Shown: positions 50,965-61,348 of the stretch, piece by piece | Layout: every line of letters starts with the position of its first letter | How positions within the stretch are numbered: position 1 is the stretch's first letter | Assembly (NCBI GenBank): GCA_038087875.1 | Contig: CM075993.1 | Coordinates: forward strand, 8,434,001 to 8,498,000 | From: Malacoraja senta | Lineage: Eukaryota | Length of the DNA stretch: 64,000 nucleotides | Reading direction: 5' to 3' | The notes under the pieces: generated by a model | Told to the model about the DNA's origin: nothing | The model's input: only the letters and a program-made list of their open reading frames with translations | The model's database searches: none | Program-made: the position numbers and the translations under genes

Positions 50965-51187
50965 ATGGACTCGCCTGCCTCCACCCCAGCCCCTCCACCC
51001 CTCCATCTTCTGCCTCCTGTCAACAGTGGTGTTGCATCTCCTGTGGAGCAGATCATGGTCCGCACGCGCTCCATTGCAGTCAATACCTGCGACGTTGGAC
51101 TTGCGACGGAGCCCGAGTGCTTGGGACCCTGTGAGCCAGGGACAAGTGTCAACCTTGAAGGAATTGTTTGGCAGGAAACCGAAGACG
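50965..51187 (+). CDS. ZNF609: Internal coding exon of zinc finger protein 609 (ZNF608/ZNF609/scribbler family)
   Basis: Translates as [74 protein letters not shown](G), the conserved ZNF608/609 block. [14 protein letters not shown] and WQETEDG match ZNF609 as I recall it better than ZNF608 (WHETEEG). Acceptor ttttgtccccacacag|ATG, donor G|gtaagg. 223 nt, phase 0 in, phase 1 out. Confidence 0.92.
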
Positions 51188-51193
51188 GTAAGG
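51188..51193 (+). promoter_or_regulatory. 5' splice donor GTAAGG
   Basis: Protein similarity ends at ETED-G, exactly at G|gtaagg. Confidence 0.85.
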
Positions 51194-51284
51194 AAATAAG
51201 ATGCATTAGCTTTTTTTGGCATGTGGAGCTTCTGGTTTATTGAAGGCACCTGCACAGTCTGATCTATGGGGTGCGGTGGGAATC

Positions 51285-51600
51285 CTTCAATGTCTACTGC
51301 ACATTTTTGGCATTTGGTGGAAGGAAAATGTTTCCAACACATTCATCTTCTCAGAAGCCAAGTGTCCCACTGTTTATCAAGCAGAGAAGACGTTGCTGGT
51401 TCTGCACATGCACGAGATGAAAAATAGCCGCATCCTGAAGAATATGTTGTATGGGAAGATGGCCCAAGCCAAAAGAACTGTAGGGCACCTGATGCTTTGT
51501 ATATATATTAGCAATGGGGGATGTGAAAGCCTTCAATACAAATTGTAAACTGTTGCTCATGATAGAAGTGAATGACAACACTGGCTATGTGTATGGATGT
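51285..51600 (+). mobile_element. Degenerate RTE-clade LINE fragment
   Basis: ORF 51216..51548: CLLHIFGIWWKENVSN...HMHEMKNSRILKNMLYG...KRTVG. Confidence 0.6.
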
Positions 51601-51886
51601 GTCACCATGGCGATAGTGGTTGCAAATGCTCCATAACAGACACTATCACCACAGCCCTACAGAGCTATATATCTCCTGGTGTCATTGGCTGGTCTCTGCT
51701 TTCAGTTGTGGGACATGTAGTAGACCGTACTTTCAGAATCAGCTTATTTAGTCATCTTAGATGTGAAAATGGACACAAAATGGTGGAGTAGATCAGCAGG
51801 TCAAGCAGCATCTCTGGAGAAAAGGATTAGGGTGACCAGAAACGCCACCCATTCCTTTTCTCCAGAGATGCTGCCTGACCCGCTCG

Positions 51887-52400
51887 GTTTGAGCCCCATA
51901 TCTGAGGACGGATGTGCTGGCTCTGGAGATGGTCCAGAGGAGGTTAACAAGAATGATTCCAATTATGAGTGGGTTGGCATATGATGAGCGCTCGACAGCA
52001 CTGGGCCTCTACTCGCTGGAGTTTAGGTGGTTGAGAGGGGACATCATTGAAACTTACAGAATAATGAAAGGCATAGATAGAGTGGATGTGGAAAGGATGT
52101 TTCCACTGGTGGGAGAGTCTAGAACCAGAGGTCATAATCTCAGAATTAAAGGGCGCTCTTTTAGAAAGGAGGGAGGAGGAACTCTTTTAGTCAGAGGGTA
52201 GTTCATCTGTGGAACTCATTGCCACAGAGGGCTGTGTTGGCCAAGTCAGTGGAGATAGACAAATTCTTGATTAGAACGGGTGTCAAGGGTTATGGAGAGA
52301 AGGCAGGAAAATGAGATTAGGAGGCAGAGATCAGACATGATTGAATGACGGAGTAGACTCGATGGGCCGAATGGCCTAATTCTACTCCAATAACTTGTGA
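51887..52400 (+). mobile_element. CR1 LINE 3' fragment inserted in a fold-back PLE unit (about 51768-52467)
   Basis: LEMVQRRLTRMIP...LGLYSLEFR. The PLE arm breaks at gacccgct and resumes gagttattccagcattttg. Confidence 0.85.
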
Positions 52401-52620
52401 ACGCGAGTTATTCCAGCATTTTGTGTTTATCTTTGGTGTAAACCGGCATCTGCAGTTCCATCCCAAATATCTTGGGTGTGATCCCGCTTTGCTAAAGTAT
52501 TGATAGCTGCATATCTGTTACCCTGCACATGTGGAAGGATTCCAACTGCCAAAATAATCGGTAGCTCAGGCAGAGTTTGAATCTTGTCAGCAAAAGCAGC
52601 TGAAATAAACAAACAGGAGT

Positions 52621-52898
52621 GTTTAGTTTAGAGGTGCAGCGCGGAAACAGGCCCTTCAGCCCACCGTGTCCACGCTGGCCAGCAATCCCCGCACATTAAC
52701 ACTATCATACACACACAAGGGACAATGTACAATTCAACCAAGGAAATTAACCTACAAACCCGTACGCCTTTGGAGTGTAGGAGGAAACTCAGAGAAAACC
52801 CACGTGGTCATGGGGAAAACGTACAAACTCCGTCCGTAGTCAGGATGGAACCCGGGTCTCTGGCGCTGTAAGGCAGCAACTCTACCGCTGTGTCACCA
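52621..52898 (-). mobile_element. HE1/V-SINE-like SINE
   Basis: Similarity to other copies. Confidence 0.85.
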
Positions 52899-53119
52899 TG
52901 AAATTCATCTAAATGAATCTAAAAATTAAATGTATTTCAATTGCAAGTCAGCAAATGCATTAATATACAACTTTTCACATCTTCTGATTTTCCCCAATGC
53001 TGTTTTCAACTATGTAAGTGTATTTAAAAAATATTTATTAAATGTTATAATGCCAGAAGGCTGGTTGCAGAGTGCCTATGGCAGTAATATAATGGTGAAC
53101 AGTTAAACTCTTTTATTGA

Positions 53120-53216
53120 AGGTAGACAAAAATGCTGGAGGAACTCAGCGGGTGAGGCAGCATCTATGGAGCGAGGGAATAGGTGACGTTTCGGGTCGAG
53201 GCCCTTCTTCAGACTG
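53120..53216 (-). mobile_element. Penelope-derived short unit with 9-bp TSD
   Basis: TSD ttttattga at 53111-53119 and 53217-53225. Hammerhead core intact on the minus strand (53185-53212). Confidence 0.85.
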
Positions 53217-53732
53217 TTTTATTGATGTTGGTTCAGATGAAATAATCGGCTACGACTTTGGAAAGAACATCCTTTGTTGCTTACAGCAAAGTGATGCCGT
53301 GATAGGGTGTTTTAACATTTGCTGAAAAGGGCAAACTGCTGCAGGAACTCAGCGGTTCAAGCAGCATCGGCGGAGACAAAGGAATCGTTGACGTTTCGGG
53401 TCATGGTCCTGGTGCATGGTCTCGACCTGCAATGTTAACAATCCCTTGGCCTCCGCAGATGCTGCTTGACCCGTTGAGTTCCAACAGAGGTTTGTTTTTT
53501 GTTCCAGATCTGCCCTCTCTGATGCTCCGTGCTACAAAGGGTGAGTGGAGCCCGCAGCTGTGGGCCCAGGCAACTGTGGACGAGTGGCTCGTTCATGGCC
53601 TTCCCCGCTTCCTCCACCTCGCATGTCAAACATGTGAAATTTGGAAGGAGCTTTCCCTCTCTTAACACTTCCTGATCATCAGCTCCTCTTGAGTTGTTGG
53701 CTTTGGGAGAATGCTCTCTTTGGGGATGTTGC

Positions 53733-55107
53733 CTAGAGTCAGTTATTAAAGATGGGATAGCAGCACATTTGGAAAGTGGTGAAATCATTGGACAAAGTCA
53801 GCATGGATTTACGAAAGGTAAATCATGTCTGACGAATCTTATAGAATTTTTCGAGGATGTAACTAGTAGCGTGGATAGGGGAGAACCAGTGGATGTGGTG
53901 TATCTGGACTTCCAGAAGGCTTTCGACAAGGTCCCACATAAGAGATTAGTATACAAACTTAAAGCACATGGCATTGGGGGTTCAGTATTGATGTGGATAG
54001 AGAACTGGCTGGCAAACAGGAAGCAAAGAGTAGGAGTAAACGGGTCCTTTTCACAATGGCAGGCAGTGACTAGTGGGGTACTGCAAGGCTCAGTGCTGGG
54101 ACCCCAGCTATTTACAATATATATTAATGATCTGGATGAGGGAATTGCAGGCAATATCTCCAAGTTTGCGGATGACACTAAGCTGGGGGGCAGTGTTAGC
54201 TGTGAGGAGGATGCTAGGAGACTGCAAGGTGACTTGGATAGGCTGGGTGAGTGGGCAAATGTTTGGCAGATGCAGTATAATGTGGATAAATGTGAGGTTA
54301 TCCATTTTGGTGGCAAAAACAGGAAAGCAGACTATTATCTAAATGGTGACCGACTATGAAAAGGGGAGATGCAGCGAGACCTGGGTGTCATGGTGCACCA
54401 GTCATTGAAAGTAGGCATGCAGGTGCAGCAAGCAGTGAAGAAAGCGAATGGTATGTTAGCTTTCATAGCAAAAGGATTTGAGTATAGGAGCAGGGAGGTT
54501 CTACTGCAGTTGTACAGGGTCTTGGTGAGACCACACCTGGAGTATTGCGTACAGTTTTGGTCTCCAAATCTGAGGAAGGACATTATTGCCATAGAGGGAG
54601 TGCAGAGAAGGTTCACCAGACTGATTCCTGGGATGTCAGGACTGTCTTATGAAGAAAGACTGGATAGACTTGGTTTATACTCTCTAGAATTTAGGAGATT
54701 GAGAGGGGATCTTATAGAAACTTACAAAATTCTTAAGGGGTTGGACAGGCTAGATGCAGGAAGATTGCTCCCGATGTTGGGGAAGTCCAGGACAAGGGGT
54801 CACAGCTTAAGGATAAGGGGGAAATCCTTTAAAACCGAGTTGAGAAGAACTTTTTTCACACAGAGAGTGGTGAATCTCTGGAACTCTCTGCCACAGAGGG
54901 TAGTCGAGGCCAGTTCATTGGCTATATTTAAGAGGGAGTTAGATGTGGCCCTTGTGGCTAAAGGGATCAGAGGGTATGGAGAGAAGGCAGGTACGGGATA
55001 CTGAGTTGGATGATCAGCCATGATCATATTGAATGGCGGTGCAGGCTCGAAGGGCCGAATGGCCTACTCCTGCACCTAATTTCTATGTTTCTATGTTTCT
55101 ATGTTTC
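53733..55107 (+). mobile_element. Young 5'-truncated CR1-clade LINE (RT frame with one in-frame stop)
   Basis: SQHGFTKGKSCLTNL, YLDFQKAFDKVPH, QGSVLGP, KFADD and RPHLEYCVQFW motifs. ORFs 53694..54359 and 54369..55004 share a frame. (ttctatgt)n tail. Confidence 0.95.
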
Positions 55108-55552
55108 ATAAGTGATAAGAGGAGATTTAGGCCATTCAGCCAATTAGATCTACTCCGCCATTCAATCATGGCTATTCCATCTCTCCCTTCTAAACCGATT
55201 CTCCTGCCTTCTCTCCATAACCTGTGACACCTGCACTAATCGAGAATCTATCAATCTCTGCCATAAAAATATTCATTGATTTAGCCTCCATAGCCTTCTG
55301 TGGTAATGAATTCCACAGATCAACCACCATTTGATTGATGCAATTCATTGTGGAATTCATTGTCACAAAAGACTATGGAGGCCATGTCAATGGATATTTT
55401 TAAGGCAGAGATAGATAGGTTTGTGATTATTACGGGTGTCGGGTTATTGGGAGAAGGCAGGAGAATGGGGTTTAAAGGGAAAGATAGATCAGCCATGTCT
55501 GAATAACAAACTTGATGGGCCAAATGGCCTAATTCCGCTCCTATGATATGAA
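55108..55552. mobile_element. Head-to-head pair of CR1 3' fragments (imperfect palindrome)
   Basis: 55108-55328 (-) and about 55348-55552 (+) cover the same segment. Confidence 0.75.
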
Positions 55553-56044
55553 CATCTGAACTACAAAGACTAGACGGATTGAATGGCTGGGACTAAAGCA
55601 CTGATCTGAGATGACGTATATATTGCAGTTGTAGTATAGTTATTATTAGAACTATAATTAACTTATTTCAATTACATATGTTGAATTTGAAGAATATGAG
55701 ATGATAAATGTGGGGAATTGGTGTGAAGCATTTATGCAGGTTAATAGCTTCAGCATTATGAATGATAAAGTTACATGGATCTGGCTTGGACCTTTATCAT
55801 TTTACATTGAATCATAGAAGCAGTCCATTAAGACGTCTTACTAGATAGAGGATATAACAAGTCGGACACCCAAGAGATGGTATTTAATGTACATGTCTTC
55901 CTCTGAAATATTCAGTACGCAGCATAGTAACTGGACTCATTAAGAGAGATGCCACCTTTAAGGTTCATATGGCAGTGAGAATATTAACCTTTGGCTTAAT
56001 GACATACAAGGGCTTGACCCTAACCTAGGTTTGGTCCTTGTGGA

Positions 56045-56134
56045 TAGACACAAAGTGCTGGAGTAACTCAGCAGGTCAGGCAGTATCTCTGAGGGAAAAG
56101 GATAGGTGACGTTTCGGGTCGAGCTCCTTCAGGC
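56045..56134 (-). mobile_element. Penelope-derived short unit with 13-bp TSD
   Basis: TSD tggtccttgtgga at 56032-56044 and 56135-56147. Confidence 0.85.
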
Positions 56135-56297
56135 TGGTCCTTGTGGAGTTGTACTTCAAATGATTTAAAAGCTTAAGAATGTAAAAGAAATGTACCAAAA
56201 TACTGCTGGATCGGAGCTGAGAAACTACTTTTCTATGGAAAGGTGAAGGGTCGGATTATTTTCTTCACAGCTGCGAAAGTTAAAGGAAAGATTTAAT

Positions 56298-56516
56298 GGT
56301 AGACAAAAATGCTGGAGAAACTCAGCGGGTGAGGCAGCATCTATGGAGCGAAGGAAATAGGCGACGTTTCGGGTCGAGATCCTTCTTCAGACTAATGTGG
56401 GGGTGGGGAGGGCGGCCTATTCCCTTCGCTCCATAGATGCTGCTGCACCCGCTGAGTTTCTCCAGCATTTTTGTCTACCTTCGATTTTCCAGCATCTGCA
56501 GTTCCTTCTTAAACAT
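56298..56516. mobile_element. Fold-back Penelope-derived insertion with 12-bp TSD
   Basis: TSD gaaagatttaat at 56286-56297 and 56517-56528. Hammerhead core on the minus strand at 56363-56390. Confidence 0.88.
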
Positions 56517-57788
56517 GAAAGATTTAATAGTGATGTTCAACATTGATAGTTTTAAGGAGTAAATAATTCTCTCAACTGAGGATAAACTGTTTCTACAGGT
56601 GGTCGTAGATTTAAGCTTATTGACAAAGGCATCAGTGAGGAAATAGCAGACATTTTCAATGCAACAAGTAGTGATGTAGAAAGCACTGTTTGAAAGCATT
56701 GTGGAAGTAGATCCAATAACATTCCAAAAGAAGTTGGTTCAGGCAGCATCTCTGGAGAAAAAAAAGGTGTCTTTTCGAGTTGTGACCCTTTTCAAATTCC
56801 ATACAGACAAGCCGATCCGAAACGTCACCTATCCTTTTTTCTCCCGAGATGTTGCCTGACCCACTTAGTTAGTCACTCCAGCACTTTGTGTCTATCTTTG
56901 GTATAAACCTGCATCTGCACTTTTTTTATATTCCAAAGGAACCGTGCTAAATAATATGGAAATGTTTACAAATTTGTGGAGAAAGTGTGGAGGAATGCCA
57001 GGGTTAAAAAAAGCCTCTACAAATATGATGGTCTGAATGACCTTCCGCACTGACACCTTCCTTCTATGAGCTTGGTGTGGCTGGAAACCAAACCTGTTTG
57101 AATATTTTTTATTTGCATGAGGCATCTTTGGAGAACTAATGAATGTAGGGTGTAGCTGAGGACTAATTCTGAACAGGAATTTGTTGCATTGAATTGCAAA
57201 GTATAGTGAGTGCCCTGCAGCTAAAATGCAATGTATGTAACTTCTGGTATTTTTTGCTGGTCTTTGACTTGCTTGCACTCCTCATAACAGGCATGATTTG
57301 GTTATGATAATATCCCTGTGAGACTGAATAAGGTTCAGCAGAGTTTCAGGAGGGAACTGATGGAGATTTATGAGTGGGCCGAACTGAAACTGTGTTTTGG
57401 TTTTTGCAGTGATGATTTCCGATTGCTTGCAGTATTTGGAATGTAGTTCTCTGACTGGTTGGGTTCCTCAGGTTCAGGCATGTTCCAGGATTTCCTTACA
57501 AAATGCCCTTAAATGGTAACACTCTCGAGTCGGTGGCAAACAAAACCTTTGAACCACACACAGTTTACAGAAAACAATGACCAGGCAAGCTGATGTACTT
57601 GTGAAATAAAGACAAATCTGCTCATATAGTGCTCAGAATTAGAAAGAGATTTTGATCAAGTGTAATGGGAAAGAAAAATCTTTGTTTGCATAATTTGTAA
57701 ACCATTGAGAGAATTGTTCTTAAGTTGTCAGGAGATGCACATTATTAATTGATGAAGGTCAAATTTATGTGTTTAAAGTTCAAGGGAG

Positions 57789-58068
57789 ATTAGTTTAGTT
57801 TAGAGATACAGCACGGAAACAGGCCCTTCGGCCCACCAAGTCCCCGCACACTAACACTGCCGTACACACACTATGGACAATTTACATTTTTACCAAGCCA
57901 ATTAGCCTACAAATCTGTACGTCTTTGGAGTGTGGGAGGAAACCGGAGCACCCGGAGAAAGCCCACGTGGTCACGAGGAGAACATTCAAGCTCCATACAG
58001 ACAAGCATCCGTTGTCAAGATCGAACTGGGGTCTCTGGCGCTGTAGGGCAGCAACTCCCTACTGCTGC
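57789..58068 (-). mobile_element. HE1/V-SINE-like SINE
   Basis: Similarity to other copies. Confidence 0.85.
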
Positions 58069-58517
58069 GTAGGGCAGTGTACCGCCAAATGCATCATGAT
58101 TTGCACCATTTGCAAGTGGGGAAAGGGCAGTGGTTTAGAACTAAAGCATAACACTTCCGGAGATCCATTACGTAGTTCAATGGACCGTACGGCCGCCATC
58201 AATGCTAGGGTTCTCATCTATGAAAGACTTTTAAAAACAGTCAGACGATACTGATGAGGGAGGAGGTGGTGGTGGTGGGAGGTCTGTCGAGAGAAGATAT
58301 TTTAAGGAAGACGTCTTAATGCCTTTGGCACGAAAGGCTAAGAAATCTGATAGTTTAATCTGCTCCTTAAATTGTGAACTCCTCGGGACCTTTCTTTATT
58401 GAGAAGCAGCATGTTGATGGATGTTTCTTAATTTACTGGTGATGTGTCATCTGATTCTGTAAACTGCTTGGACTGCCTCTTGATTATCAGTAATACTCTC
58501 CTACTTCCTGGTATGGG

Positions 58518-58800
58518 CTTTAGTTTAATTTAGCGATACAGGCCCTTTGGCCCATCGAGTTGGCACTGACCAGCTATTCCCACACTCTAGCACTATCCTA
58601 CACACTAGAAACACTTACAACTTTTACCAAAGCCAATCTTGTATGTCTATGGTGTTTGGGAAGAAATTGGAGCACCTGAAGAAAACCCACGTGGTCACGG
58701 GGAGAACGTACAAACTCCGTACAGTCAGCACCCGTTGTCAGGATCGAACCAGAGTCTGTGGTGCTGTAAGGCAAGTAGCTCTACTGCTGTGCCACCATGC
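58518..58800 (-). mobile_element. HE1/V-SINE-like SINE
   Basis: Similarity to other copies. Confidence 0.82.
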
Positions 58801-58944
58801 GTTATACAAGAAACAAAGGTTGCTATCTACTTGAGAGGGAGGTACATGTAATGAAGGAAATGAAAAGATTTTTTTAATTCATTCACAAGGTCTGGTTGGT
58901 GAGATAAGTTATTGCTCACCCGTAATTGCATTTGAGACTGTGGC

Positions 58945-59300
58945 ACAGTACAGCACAGAAAATGGCCCTTCGGCCCACAATGTTCATGCCAGACGTGATG
59001 CCAAGTTAAACTGATCTCATCTGTCTGTGCTGATCCATATTTTTCTATTCCTGGAGCTTCCATGTGCATGTCTAAAAGCCTGATAAACACCACTATGGTA
59101 TCTGCCTCCACCACCTCTCCGGCAATGTGTTCCAGGCCCCAACCACTCTGCAAAAAAAACTTGCCCTGCTCATCTCCATTAAACTTTCCCCCTCTTACAT
59201 AATAGCTATGCCCTCTGGTGTTGGACACCTCCACTCTCAGGAAAAGCTTCTTCCCTGTCTCTGCCTCTCACAAGTTTACATATTTCTATTGAGTCTCCCC
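58945..59300 (-). mobile_element. CR1 LINE 3' fragment
   Basis: MEVSNTRGHSYYVRGGKFNGD...EVVEADTI. Confidence 0.8.
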
Positions 59301-60104
59301 TCTGACGTTCCATGACATATGGAGCCCATGAAAACTGTCGCTTTCGAAATTGCACCATCAATAATTCAAGAGAAATTTCTCCGTTGTAGGGAGCAAATAG
59401 TGAGTGTGGTGAGATTTTTGCATTGCCGAAAGATTTTCACGTTGTCTTTCAAAGTGCTTCTAGGCATTCTTCACTACGTATAGTTTGTTCTGTCCCTGTG
59501 GAGGTTGACCAGGACTTGTAGTTCTACTGTGTCTCAACGTATCACACTTTGTGATGCAGTGCATGCATCACGTGGGTTCATGGGTGTTTCAGGTCCATGT
59601 TAAGCCGATCATGCCCACGGCTCAGCCGATCATTTTTGTTTACGGTGGGGTTTCTGCACTGTATGACTCGCTCATTTCTGGAGAGGAAAGGGTTATGTTA
59701 CGCCGAGTAGCCAGTACATTGAAAGTGAAATAGCTCCGAACGGCCAAGATTAATATTCCAAGATAATATATTTTCTGATTCTGTAGCTGGAGTGTCGGAA
59801 ATTTGGAACAGCAAATGTAATGCTGGATGCAGTGCCAAAGAGAATCTTAAGGGGATTTAAGAGATTGACTTTAATTAAATGTACAATTAATTCCAGCTTG
59901 CATTGGACCTGCTGCACAATAGTTCACCAAATCCCAATTTGGGCAGGAATTAGTGTCGATAAATAAAGTGATACAAATACTTTAGAGTTTGTCGGCATTA
60001 GAAATATTTGGTCCTTCAAAAGGCAGTAAAGTGTAAATGATACGATTGGAAAACCCGATCTGTAAAATGTAGATGGAGGCATGTCTCTTGAGTGATGGAA
60101 AACA

Positions 60105-60705
60105 GGATTAGAGGATATTAGCTACAAGGAGGGGGTGGACAAACTTGGATTGTTTTCTCACACCAAAGGTTGAGGGGCGACATGATAGATGTATGTAAAA
60201 TTATGAGGCATAGATAAGGTAGACACGCGACTTTTTCCCAGGGTGGAAATGTCAAAGTCCTCGGCATAGCTTTAGCATGGGAGGGGGAAAGTTTAAAGGA
60301 CATGTGTAAGGCATGTTTTTTTACACAGAGGGCAGTGGGTGTCTGGAACACACTGCCAGGTGTGGTGATGGAGGCAGATACAACAGTGGCATTTAAGAGG
60401 CTTTTAGATAGGCAAATAGATATGTAGGGAATGGAGGGATATGGATCATGCCTGGGCAGAGGAGATTAGTTGTGTAGGAAGAAATTGCAGATGCTGGTTT
60501 ACACCAAAGGTAGACACAAAATGCTGGAGGAATTCAGCGGGTCTGGCAGGATCTTTGGAGAAAAGGAATAGGTGACGTTTCAGGTCGACACCCTTCTTCA
60601 GTCCCCTTATATCTGAGGGGATTAATCTATCTTTGCATCATGTTCAGCACAGACATAGTGGGCCAAAGAGCCTGATCCTGTGCTGTACTTATCTATGTTC
60701 TATAT
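60105..60705 (+). mobile_element. CR1 LINE 3' fragment with a PLE unit at 60471-60602 (-)
   Basis: ttttttacacagagggcagtgggtgtctggaac; tail ...tctatgttctatattct. Confidence 0.8.
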
Positions 60706-61049
60706 TCTGTCTACACGACTGAACTCCTGTTGTAAGGAGGTTTCGGCATCATATGGCAGATATGATCGTTCATCATGGGGACTTGAGGACATCATTTCTG
60801 TGAGATGGAGCTGGTGAGGGATTTGACCTTCACTGCTGGGAGGTGCCATCCAGAAAATGTAAGTTGACTCCTTGCCACAAAAGGACTGATCTTCAGGCAT
60901 GCCCCTGCTGCTGACTTGAAACTTCGAGCCACGATGTGCTGGAGTATGCAGTACAGTAGCTCAAAAGTGATGACTCTCCTCAGAGCTGCTACTTTATGAT
61001 CTCCCAGGCATTTTCATCTTGTATTACAACTGAAACATTTCCAAACTCA

Positions 61050-61348
61050 CCCCTGCAACCCAGCATTATGAATATTGATTTCCTCCTGATTAATTTGACT
61101 GATTGTATGTCTCCTTATCACCTTCCCCTCAGCTAACAATGAACTATTTTACATTTCCTTGATCAGCATCTGCTTTGATCTGTCATTTTCACACCTTACC
61201 CTTCCATATCTGTAGTCTCCGTCTCCCCTGACTCTCAATCTGAAGAAGGGTCTCGACCCGAATCGCACCCGTTCCTACTCTCCAGAAATGCTGAGTTACT
61301 CCAGCATTTTGTGCCTATCTTGGTGTAAACCGGCATCTGTAGTGCCTT
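61050..61348 (+). mobile_element. Penelope-like 3' fragment (same subfamily as 8453-9040)
   Basis: UTR matches the reverse complement of 8550-8690. Hammerhead at 61240 has a mutated GAAA. Confidence 0.78.

Noticed and set aside
50929..51243. 104-aa ORF as a standalone gene
   Set aside because: Only 50965-51187 is conserved and it has splice signals; the flanks are intronic.
53798..54316. 172-aa antisense ORF, and similar antisense ORFs over the L2 and Rex1 copies
   Set aside because: Shadow frames of LINE RT coding sequence.
57281..57307. cag|GC ATG acceptor-like site that would continue ZNF609 as G-M
   Set aside because: Reads GMIWL-stop rather than the expected GMLVVNVTWRNKTYVG, so the next exon is probably outside the window.
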